DNA from: Candidatus Marinacidobacterales bacterium
GTDB lineage: Bacteria > Acidobacteriota > Vicinamibacteria > Marinacidobacterales > SMYC01
NCBI GenBank assembly: GCA_965224085.1
Contig: CBDCYI010000005.1
Coordinates: 416,001-480,000 of the forward strand
DNA: 64,000 nt
Direction of reading: 5' to 3'
Shown: piece after piece, positions 1 through 8,994 of the stretch
Layout: each line of letters opens with the position of its first letter
How positions within the stretch are numbered: the stretch's first letter is position 1
The notes under the pieces: model-generated
The model's database searches: none
What the model was told of the DNA's origin: nothing
What the model saw: only the letters and a program-made list of their open reading frames with translations
Translations under genes and position numbers: made by a program

Positions 1-32
1 CCGAGGAAACACAGCATTGCTATGGATGCGGC

Positions 33-461
33 GTGCTCAACGAGCACGGGCACCGGATCAAGAGCTTCTGGGACGGAGACGTGTCGATCTGCCGTTTCGA
101 TCCCGAGCCGCACCACAAAGCACTTCCCGGTTACGTCTATGGTGGGCTCATCGCATCGCTCATCGATTGTCACGGCACCGGGACGGCGGCGGCCGCGGCG
201 CATCGAGCGGAAGGCCGCGACATGGGGACGGAGCCGCCGCTTCGATTCGTGACCGGCTCGCTGCACGTCGATTACTTGAAGCCCACGCCTCTCGGCGTCA
301 CGCTCACGCTCCGAGGGAGCACGAAAGAAATCCGACGGCGCGTTGTCACCGTGGAGGTCACGCTGTCGGCGGAGGCGATCCAAACGGCGAAAGGTGAAGT
401 CGTCGCCGTGCGCATGCCCGAGGAGTGGCTGCGCACTCTGATGGAGCCCAAGACGCGATGA
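33..461 (+). CDS. PaaI/hot-dog fold thioesterase (5' end probably outside window)
   Basis: GYVYGGLIASLIDCHG and LHVDYLKPTPLG motifs; the stop overlaps the ATG of the next gene. Confidence 0.8.
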   Translation: MLNEHGHRIKSFWDGDVSICRFDPEPHHKALPGYVYGGLIASLIDCHGTGTAAAAAHRAEGRDMGTEPPLRFVTGSLHVDYLKPTPLGVTLTLRGSTKEIRRRVVTVEVTLSAEAIQTAKGEVVAVRMPEEWLRTLMEPKTR

Positions 462-3061
462 ACTCTCTGCTGGAGCTCCTTCCGGACATGGAGGCGCTCC
501 GCGACCGCGAGGCCATCGTCCTCGCAAGCAGCTACCGCACACGAAAATGGAGCTATCGCGAGCTCTACCGCCACATCAAGGGGGTCGCCCGCGAGCTCGA
601 CGCGCGCGGTCTCGCGCCAGGCGATCGCCTTCTCCTTTGGGGTGAGAACCGGCCGGAGTGGGTCGCGGTTTTCTGGGCGGCGCTCGCCCGCGGTGTCACG
701 GTGGTCCCGCTCGATTCTCGCTCCTCGAAGACGTTCGTCACGCGCGTCCAGTGCGACGTCGGGGCGAAACTTCTCGTCCGCGGCGCCGAAGTCGACGCGG
801 AAGCGATAGCGCCGTCGCAACTTTCCCTCGAGGAAGTCGGCGGGCTCGATTCGGAAGTGCCTTTGAAGCCGGTCGCTGCGAAAGCCGGCGACATCGTGCA
901 AATCATCTATACCTCGGGAACGACGGGAGAGCCCCGAGGCGTGGTGCATCGCCACAAGAATCTCGTCGCGAATCTCGCGCCCATCCAAAATGAGATTCAG
1001 AAATATGCCGTCTATGCACGCCCGTTCCAGCCGATCCGCTTTCTCGACCTCTTGCCGTTGAGTCACGTATTCGGACAGTTCACCGGGCTCTACGTCCCCG
1101 CTGTGATGGGAGGCTCTGTCGCCTTCATGCAGGCGATCCACCCCTCGGCAATCATCGAGACGATCCGACGCGAGCGGATCTCGGTGCTCACCACGGTTCC
1201 GCGGTTCCTGTCCGGCTTGCGCGGCGAGCTCGAGCGCCGGTTCGATCTCGAGCCGGAGGAAGAAACGGGCGCCCAAGGCGTGCTCGGCGGGCTCGCGCGC
1301 TGGTGGCGCCACCGCGAGGTGCACGCCGCTTTTGGATGGAAGTTCTGGGCCATACTTTCCGGCGGCGCGCGGCTTGCGCCCGAAGACGAAGCGTTCTGGT
1401 GGCGGCTCGGATTCGTGCTCGTCCAAGGCTACGGGCTGACCGAGACCAGCTCGCTCGTCGCGACGAATCATCCCTTAAACCCGAAACGTGGAGCGATTGG
1501 CAAAGCGGTCGGAAGCCAGCAGATAGAGCTCGCCGAGGACGGAGAGATTCTCGTTCGCGGCGACAACGTCTCGCTCGAATATTTCGGCGCAGACGTGCCT
1601 TCCGAGCCTTCCGAGCCTTCCGAGCCTTCCGAGCCTTCCGAGCCTTCCGAGCCTTCCGAGCCTTCCGAGCCTTCCGAGCCTTCCGAGAAAGAGTGGCTCC
1701 ACACGGGGGACCTCGGCGAGATGGGCGATGACGGCACGCTCTACTACAAAGGACGTAAGAAGGACGTCATCGTCGGCGCGGACGGCATGAACGTTTACCC
1801 GGCTGACGTCGAAGCCGTTCTCGACGCGCAGCCGGAGATTAAAGAAGCCGTCGTTGTCGGCCAGCCGACCGACAAGGGCGACGTCGTTCATGCGGCGCTC
1901 CTCGGCCAACCCGGAGCCCAGGTTCTCGACGAACGTCACGCCGAGGCCGCGGTCCAGCGCGCCAATGCCGAGCTCGAAGCACACCAGCGGGTACGCGCAT
2001 GGACCGTCTGGCCCGAAGACGACTTCCCGCGCACGCCATCGACGTTTAAGATACGGCGCGGCGAAGTGCTCGCGCGTCTGAAAACGCCCGAGTCAGCCAC
2101 ACCAGCTGAACCATCTCGTCGCGTGCGGGCGCTTGTCGGGGAGCAGCTCGGACGATCCGGCGAGACGATGGGTGACGCCGACCAGCTGAGCGAAGAGCTT
2201 GGCCTGAGCTCGCTCGATCGCATAGAGCTTTTGACGCGCCTCGAAGAGCAAACAGGACGGGAGCTCTCCGAGGAGGAGATGGCCCGGGTCACGACGCTCG
2301 GAGAGCTCGAGCGCTTTGTCGAGAGAGCCGTTCCGGCACGTGCGCGCGAGCCCGGTTCCACACCACTTCGTGGCCTGGTGCGCTATGGGCGCATCGCACC
2401 GCTTCGCTTCGCTCGAGCGGCTTTTCGGGAACTCGTCATCCGACCTCTCTTTCGGCACTATCTTCCGCTCACGATCGAGGGGAAGCTCGAGAATCTGAGC
2501 GGCCCCGTTATCTTCGCCGCGAACCATCAAAGCAACCTCGACACGCTCGCCATTCTCACCGCGCTACCTTTTGCGTGGCGTGGGCGCGTCGCACCGGCCG
2601 TGCAACAAGAATATTTCGACACCTATCTGAAGAAAACGGGGAGCGCCTCGGAGAGGCTTTCCGCCGCGATCCAATATTGGCTCGCCATCGTGCTCGTCAA
2701 CGCCTTCCCCCTCGCGCGCACGAGCGCGGGAACGCGCGACGGGCTCCGCTTCGCCGGTGCCTTGGCCGATGGGGGCTACTCCATCTTGATCTATCCCGAA
2801 GGCCGGCTGACGCGGGACGGCTCCATCGAGCCCTTCAAAGCGGGCGTCGGGCTTTTAGCGGCGCGTCTTGAGATCCCCGTTATCCCAATCCACTTGAGCG
2901 GGCTCTACGACGTCCTGTCTTTCGACGACCGCTGGCCGAAGCGGGGACCCGTACGCATCCGTTTCGGCAGGCCGCTATCGTTTCGCGAGAGTCAGGACTA
3001 CCGAGAGGTGACGCAGACGATCGAGGGGGCGGTTACGACTCTGGCTCAACGACCGGATTAG
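458..3061 (+). CDS. Long-chain acyl-CoA synthetase-ACP-acyltransferase fusion (Aas-like)
   Basis: AMP-binding motifs YTSGTTGEPRG, QGYGLTET and WLHTGDLG; carrier domain LGLSSLDRIEL; PlsC motifs NHQSNLD and IYPEGR. ATG at 458. Confidence 0.85.
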   Translation: MNSLLELLPDMEALRDREAIVLASSYRTRKWSYRELYRHIKGVARELDARGLAPGDRLLLWGENRPEWVAVFWAALARGVTVVPLDSRSSKTFVTRVQCDVGAKLLVRGAEVDAEAIAPSQLSLEEVGGLDSEVPLKPVAAKAGDIVQIIYTSGTTGEPRGVVHRHKNLVANLAPIQNEIQKYAVYARPFQPIRFLDLLPLSHVFGQFTGLYVPAVMGGSVAFMQAIHPSAIIETIRRERISVLTTVPRFLSGLRGELERRFDLEPEEETGAQGVLGGLARWWRHREVHAAFGWKFWAILSGGARLAPEDEAFWWRLGFVLVQGYGLTETSSLVATNHPLNPKRGAIGKAVGSQQIELAEDGEILVRGDNVSLEYFGADVPSEPSEPSEPSEPSEPSEPSEPSEPSEPSEKEWLHTGDLGEMGDDGTLYYKGRKKDVIVGADGMNVYPADVEAVLDAQPEIKEAVVVGQPTDKGDVVHAALLGQPGAQVLDERHAEAAVQRANAELEAHQRVRAWTVWPEDDFPRTPSTFKIRRGEVLARLKTPESATPAEPSRRVRALVGEQLGRSGETMGDADQLSEELGLSSLDRIELLTRLEEQTGRELSEEEMARVTTLGELERFVERAVPARAREPGSTPLRGLVRYGRIAPLRFARAAFRELVIRPLFRHYLPLTIEGKLENLSGPVIFAANHQSNLDTLAILTALPFAWRGRVAPAVQQEYFDTYLKKTGSASERLSAAIQYWLAIVLVNAFPLARTSAGTRDGLRFAGALADGGYSILIYPEGRLTRDGSIEPFKAGVGLLAARLEIPVIPIHLSGLYDVLSFDDRWPKRGPVRIRFGRPLSFRESQDYREVTQTIEGAVTTLAQRPD
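1598..1687 (+). repeat. Perfect tandem repeat (CCTTCCGAG)x10 encoding (PSE)x10
   Basis: Directly visible and in frame within the synthetase. Confidence 0.95.
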
Positions 3062-3467
3062 TCGCCATCGACTCCAGGTGGAAATGCGTGAGCCGCCAGC
3101 GGTCGTGCTCGCGCACGAGGACGTAGGTTGTTCGACCCGTATCCCGATACATCTGACCTCGAACTTCGTAGAGGGACGTCCCGCGCTCGAGCACGATCGC
3201 AACGTCGCCGTGAAGCTTGATGGTCTCGATCTCGCCGTCGAGCGTTCGAAACTTCGCTTGCTGCACGAGAGATCGAAGATATTCGATGGAGTTTTCTTTG
3301 CCGACGAAGATGCGCGGATCGTCGAAGGCTAAAACGACGGCGTCGTCCGTGAAATGCTCGCGAAAGAGCCTGACGCTACCTTCCATGAGGTCGTGTCGAA
3401 GCGCATCGAGCAACTGCTGGATCTCCCGGCGTTCGCTTTCGAAATCCACACTCACTACATCCCCCAC
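3033..3467 (-). CDS. SnoaL/NTF2-like (DUF4440-type) protein
   Basis: HFTDDAVV near the start and TYVLVREHDRWRLTHFHLE at the C-terminus. Confidence 0.7.
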   Translation of the reverse strand: MGDVVSVDFESERREIQQLLDALRHDLMEGSVRLFREHFTDDAVVLAFDDPRIFVGKENSIEYLRSLVQQAKFRTLDGEIETIKLHGDVAIVLERGTSLYEVRGQMYRDTGRTTYVLVREHDRWRLTHFHLESMATNPVVEPES

Positions 3468-3527
3468 ACCGAAGCGATGGTATTGCAGTCACGAAGCGGG
3501 TACAAACGATGAGCGGCGATGGTACGT

Positions 3528-4553
3528 TCACACGGGCGCTTCGGCGCCGGGCAGACGGCCGGCGAGCACGTCGGCGAAAGGTCGGGTCGTCTCGAACCGG
3601 TCGAGCACAATCCGCAGCACCGCGGTGATCGGCGCGGCGAGCAGCATGCCGACCACCCCCCAAAGCAAACCCCAAAATACGAGAGCGAGCAGGATCGAGA
3701 CCGGGTGGAGCTGCAGCCCTTCCCCCATGAGCTTCGGCTCGATGACGTTTCCGATCGTCAGCTGGACCGAGCCGGGAAGAGCCAGGATCAGGCCTATATG
3801 CACCCAGCTGTCGAACTGTACTACCGCAAGCGGCAGCGGGAGCAAGACCGCGATGAGCGAGCCGACATTGGGGATGAAGTTCAAAAAGAAAGCCAGAACG
3901 CCGAAGACAAAAGCAAGGTCGAGCCCGAGGATGCCGAGGAGGATGCCGACGAGAATACCAGTCGCTGCCGAGGTCGTGACTTTGGTTACGAGGTAGCGCC
4001 GGATCTTGTTGTCGATCTCACGATAGATACCGACGCGCACTTCACCCGGCGCCCTGCCGGCGAGCAGGAAAATCGTAAACACCAAAACGAGAAAGCCGTT
4101 CGTGATGAAGCTGACGACCCCCCCAGCCGTGGACCGGACAAAGCTGAATACGGGAAGATCTTTCAGAGCGTCGAGGATAGCGGCCTGGCCGAGGTCGATC
4201 TCGAACCGGTCGAGGATCGAGAAGATGCTCTCCGCCATGCTCGCGAGGCGCTCGCGATAAATAGGAGCGCTGTCGGCAATTCCGCGCGCCGAGACCGTGA
4301 TGAGCATGATGAGGAGTGTAATGAGTCCGAGCACGACGAGAAGCGCGAAAAGAATGGAAACGCCGCGCGGCATCTTCGCCCTCATCTGCATCCAATCCAC
4401 GATGGGACCGACGAGATAGGAGAACAGCAACGCGAGAACGAAAGGGACCATGACCGCGCGCGTATAGATGAGTGCTACCGCGAGAGCGACTCCGGCGACG
4501 GTTAATAATGATACTGTGCTGAGCCAGGTGAGCTCGTCCGATCTCTCCGTCAT
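3528..4553 (-). CDS. AI-2E family transporter
   Basis: Multi-TM protein with LNFIPNVGS, GNVIEPKLMG and WGVVGMLLAAPIT motifs. Confidence 0.9.
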   Translation of the reverse strand: MTERSDELTWLSTVSLLTVAGVALAVALIYTRAVMVPFVLALLFSYLVGPIVDWMQMRAKMPRGVSILFALLVVLGLITLLIMLITVSARGIADSAPIYRERLASMAESIFSILDRFEIDLGQAAILDALKDLPVFSFVRSTAGGVVSFITNGFLVLVFTIFLLAGRAPGEVRVGIYREIDNKIRRYLVTKVTTSAATGILVGILLGILGLDLAFVFGVLAFFLNFIPNVGSLIAVLLPLPLAVVQFDSWVHIGLILALPGSVQLTIGNVIEPKLMGEGLQLHPVSILLALVFWGLLWGVVGMLLAAPITAVLRIVLDRFETTRPFADVLAGRLPGAEAPV

Positions 4554-4641
4554 GGGGCAAGCCGACGATAGGACCTCTTCGGCCCGATGTCAATGACTGT
4601 GACCGAGTTAAGGGTCCTAAGCTCGGGCCTGCTGTAAGACT

Positions 4642-4691
4642 CACCGCAGAAGCGCAGAGCACGCGGAGAAGAAACATCTCCTCTCTGCGGT
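4642..4691. repeat. REP-like intergenic palindrome (ACCGCAGA...TCTGCGGT)
   Basis: Inverted repeat enclosing GCGCAGAG/CGCGGAGA units between two minus-strand genes. Confidence 0.4.
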
Positions 4692-4710
4692 TCGAACGCT
4701 TTCAGGTTTT

Positions 4711-6504
4711 CTAGAACAGCCACTGGAACGTGATGCCCTTCCAGATCGCTTTACCGAACGCCTTGAAGCCGCGTCCGATCTTCTGGAACTGCACGTCTTT
4801 GACATCCTCGTTGGACATCATGCTCGGATAGTCGTGCGAGTTCCACTTCGGAAAATAGACCGTGCGCAGAAGCCGCTTCCCCAACTCGTGCGAGACCTGG
4901 CTCGAGATGCGCCCCATCACATATTCATCCTGTTCGAATTCCGGATCGAGCTCCGTGAGGATCCCGGCGATCGTCAGCTGCGCCTTGATGAACATCGTCG
5001 CGTCGAAGCGCAAGGAGTAGCCTTCCCGCGCGAGACGCGCGACGAGCTTGTCGAGAAGCGCGAAAATCCCCTCGCCGCTCTCCTCCTCTAAAAGCTCTTT
5101 AACCCGCGCTTTCATCGCGGCGATATCCTCCCGACCTTCGGGCGCCCACTCGATGAGAACCTCGACGTTGTTCGTGAGGCGCTTCGCATGTCGCAGAGTG
5201 AGACCGAGCATCAGCTGCACCATCTTTTACCGATCCCGACGATTGAACTCAGCTGCGAGGCCCCAATCGATAAGGGCAATGCGATACGGGTCCTCACCCC
5301 CTTGCTCGACGTGGAACACATTGCCTGCGTGCGGGTCTCCGTGAAAGAGCGCGCTCTCGTGGGGTGAGAACAAGACATCGTACATCAGGGCGTCGCTCAG
5401 CCGGCGGGCGAGCATGGCACGTTTCTCGGCCTCGCCGAGATAAGCGTCGGTGATCTTGACGCCACGAACGAGCTCCATGCACGTTACGTTCTCGCTCGAG
5501 AACGGGTAGAGCGCGGGCACTAGGATCTTCGGCTGGTCGGCGTAATAGGCGCGCGCCCGCGAGAGATTCTGCTGCTCATCCTCGACCCGCACTTCCCGCG
5601 ACAGCGCTTGACGTATCTCGACGAAGATCTCGACGAGCGGCGTCGCGCCGAGATCGTAGAACTCCGCGTTCTCCTCTAGATAGAGAAGGATATGATCGAT
5701 GATCGCCAGATCTTCGGTGAGCGCCGCTACCGCGTAGGGTTTCAAAACCTTGCACGCGGCGCGCTCCTTCTCTCCCGTATCGGGATCCTTGAAGGTTGCG
5801 GCGACGACGGCGCCGACGCTCGCCTCCGCCAGCAGCGTATCGTCGAGCTCGAGCTCGTAGCTGTCCCACACGTCCTCGCTCAGCTCGCTCCGGATCTGCG
5901 CAAAGACGGCATCATATTGCGCAGTCTCGAGCCCATTCTCCACCGTCTGCAGCGCCAAGCGGAAATCCTCGTCGATACCCTGGTTTCTCGCGAGGATTTG
6001 CGCGAGTTTCTGGAGACTCGGCGTATTAACGATGAACGCGAGAGCGCGCGCGCCCCGGTTCGCATTCCGCGGCAAGTTCGCTTGAGCGACAACACGTTCG
6101 ATGAGCCGCTCTTCGCTTAGCCGGTCGAGGAACAACAAAAGCGCGTCATGAACGAGTGGCGTCCAGTGCGCATAGTCTGTCGGCACGACGCCGAGAACGT
6201 TCGAGCCGTGCAGCAAGAGTCGCAACAGGTCGTGGCGGAAATCGGTCCAATCCGCAGATTCCAGCAGCTCGCGTGCCTCGGCGACCGTGAGCACGTGCCG
6301 GTCTCCGGCCTTCGCGCGCTCGAATAGCTCCATCGCCCGTGCGCGGAGGGCTTCGGGAACCCGCACCGCGAGTTGGAGCATAACTCTCTTCGTAGAGCAC
6401 CAACACTTCGATCGATCGACCCGCGCCAAAGCCCGCATCATCACGAGGTGGAGGCATGTTCTCCACCGTTTTCGGACAAGAGGCGTCTTTCGACTTCTCA
6501 CCAC
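4711..6504 (-). pseudogene. ABC1/UbiB (AarF) atypical kinase interrupted by an in-frame TAA at 5227-5229
   Basis: QKLAQ, AEASVG, ACKVLKP, FHGDPHAGN and LIDWG motifs. ORFs 5227..6597 and 4711..5223 are in the same frame (RDR*KMVQL). Start uncertain. Confidence 0.75.
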
Positions 6505-6583
6505 CGAGCGACTAGAATGCTTTCTGTCAACTCGTCGGCCAGGGGCGTGTGTAATCACGAAAGGCATGGAGGAGTCACGGATC

Positions 6584-7756
6584 ATGGAAACGAACAAAAC
6601 GCTTTCCCGTCGCGGTTTCGTAGGCAGCTTGGCTGCGGCTATCGGCTATCTCGGCCTCGGTCCGAAAAGCGCGCTCTGGGCGCAGACTGGGCGGCGGCGG
6701 CGCCCGCGTCCCACCGAGGCCGAGTACGACGCTTTCGCCAAGCTCTCGAGCAACGAGAATCCCTATGGACCGTCGGACGCGGTGATGGAGGCGATGAACC
6801 ACGCCTTCAAATACGCCAACCGATACGGCTATCCCGACGGCAACATCCTCCAGGCGATCGCAGAGCATCACGGTGTCGAGCGTGAGAACGTTCTGCTCGG
6901 CGCCGGCTCGGGCGAGATTCTGAAAGTCGTAGGCAGCACTTTCCTGCGGGTTCGCAAGAAGGTCGTCGGCGTCGAGCCTTCTTACGGCTCGGTGTACCGG
7001 CAGGCGAGCGGTATCAAGGCCGATGCCATCAAACTGCCGCTTCTCCCTGACTACCGCCAGGACATCCCCGCAATCATCGACGGCACGAGGAAAAACTACC
7101 GAGATGTCGGCTTCGTCTATATGTGCAACCCGAACAACCCGACGGGCGTCATCGTCACGAAGCAGGAGATCGACTCGCTTCTCGAATCCATCCCTGAGGA
7201 CATGCCGGTCCTGGTGGACGAGGCCTACCATCACTTCGTCGAAGACCCCGACTACGCGACCGCGGTTCCTCACGTCCTCGAAGGGCGCCAGGTCATCGTC
7301 GCGCGGACGTTCTCGAAGATCTCGGGCATGGCAGCCATCCGGCTCGGATACGCCATCGCACCTAAGAACCTCATTGCTCAGATGCGCGCGAATGGCACGG
7401 GGAGCATCAGCGCTATAGCGAAGTGGGGTGGCGCCACCGCCATCAAAGACACGGCGGAGCAAGAGCGGGTTCGGGCCATTACCCTCGAGCTGCGCAAGAA
7501 GACGACCACCGCGCTCGAAAAGCTCGGCTTCGACTGCATCCCGTCGGAGACCAACTTCTTCATGGTCCATCTCGGCAGGCAGGTACGGCCGGTCATCGAG
7601 GAGTTCAGGAAGCGCACCGTTCTCGTGGGGCGTCCCTTCCCACCGATGCTCGAGCATTTGAGGGTCTCGGTCGGTACCGCGGAAGAGATGGAGCGGTTCA
7701 TGGTCGCGTTCAAGGAAATCTTCCCGAACGGCAAGCCCGCTCCCACTGGGTCATAG
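6584..7756 (+). CDS. Histidinol-phosphate aminotransferase-like PLP enzyme with Tat signal
   Basis: LSSNENPYG, CNPNNPTG, DEAY and RTFSKISG motifs; N-terminus METNKTLSRRGFVGSLAAA; GGAGGAG RBS upstream. Confidence 0.85.
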   Translation: METNKTLSRRGFVGSLAAAIGYLGLGPKSALWAQTGRRRRPRPTEAEYDAFAKLSSNENPYGPSDAVMEAMNHAFKYANRYGYPDGNILQAIAEHHGVERENVLLGAGSGEILKVVGSTFLRVRKKVVGVEPSYGSVYRQASGIKADAIKLPLLPDYRQDIPAIIDGTRKNYRDVGFVYMCNPNNPTGVIVTKQEIDSLLESIPEDMPVLVDEAYHHFVEDPDYATAVPHVLEGRQVIVARTFSKISGMAAIRLGYAIAPKNLIAQMRANGTGSISAIAKWGGATAIKDTAEQERVRAITLELRKKTTTALEKLGFDCIPSETNFFMVHLGRQVRPVIEEFRKRTVLVGRPFPPMLEHLRVSVGTAEEMERFMVAFKEIFPNGKPAPTGS

Positions 7757-7950
7757 CGCGAACGCTTTAATACCGCACAGGATGTAGGAAACTACCTACG
7801 CGTTTTGGAGCGAACGTAGGCGCAAAGCCCCTGCCCGCGTTCGCACCGACGTATCCAGTCGTTTCCTGAGTTACAGTTAGCGTCCCTCGCGTGGCTGCGC
7901 CCATGGCATCGTTATTCTATTTTTACTGAGGTTCAATTTAGAGAGCGCGA

Positions 7951-8917
7951 ATGGCCGAAAAAGTCTTGATCGTCGATGACGAGGTGGATTGCCTGGAGCT
8001 CACGCGCGCTCTGTTGCTGGATTGGGATTACAGCGTGATCGCCGCGTCGAGCGGTCCGGAGGCATTCGAGAAAGCCAAACGCGAGCTTCCCGATCTGATC
8101 CTCATGGATGTGCACCTGGGAGACATGAATGGAGCGGACGTCTGCGAGAAGCTCCATGAATATTTCGCCACGCGCTTTATCCCCATCATCATGTTGACGG
8201 TGGATGACCAGGTGGGCTGGAAGGTTGAAGGCCTCGCCAAGGGCGCGTATGACTACGTGTTGAAGACCATCGATCGCGAGGAGCTCAAGGCCCGGGTCGA
8301 GACGCTCATTCGGCGGACGTGGGATCAAGCAAATGTGAATCCTCTCACGAAGCTCCCGGGCAATCTCGTGATCGAAGACGTCGTGCGCGAGCGGTTTCAG
8401 AGAGGCGACACTTTCTCCGTGTGTTACTGCGACCTGGACAACTTCAAGGCCTTTAACGATCGCTACGGCTACACGGCCGGTGATCGCGTGCTCCTGCACA
8501 CGTCACGATTGATCGTGCAAACCGTGAACAAAATGGGCGGAGCTCAGGATTTCGTAGGACATCTCGGAGGCGACGTTTTCGTCTTCGTGACCACTCCGAA
8601 CAAAGAATCCGTGCTCAGCGATGCCATCCATGTTGAGCTTCGACGCGAGCATTGCCCAGTTCTACGACGAGGAAGACCGCCAGAACCAAGGCACTACACT
8701 CGACTCCCGTGATGGCGAAGCCCAGCACTACCCGCTCATAACGATCACCATCGCTGCGGTCAATAACGACAAGAAGAAGTTCGAGAGCCACCGCATCATC
8801 GGCGAGCGAGCAGCCGAGATCAAGCTCCACTTGAAGCGCTTCGAAGGCAGCAATTTCCTGTCCGATCGGAGGGGCGTGGAAAAGAGGCCAGACAACCAAG
8901 CTCCGATGGTCAGCTAG
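7951..8917 (+). pseudogene. Response regulator receiver + GGDEF protein, frameshifted near 8628
   Basis: REC domain (LIVDD, DLILMD), NPLTKLPGN and DLDNFKAFND; active site reads GGDVF; the C-terminus continues in the frame of ORF 8621..8917. Confidence 0.8.
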
Positions 8918-8994
8918 TTTCGGACCAGCCCCGCGCACCCGTAATCGCGCAGATATAACAGCCGCCATGCCGACTGCGCTATGATCACGGCTCT

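Noticed and set aside
1598-1687. Tandem repeats (also 44491-44554) as a CRISPR array
   Set aside because: The units are 8-10 bp with no spacers, and there are no cas genes in the window.
7904-7920. Sigma54 promoter TGGCATCGTTATTCT
   Set aside because: The -12 element lacks the essential GC.
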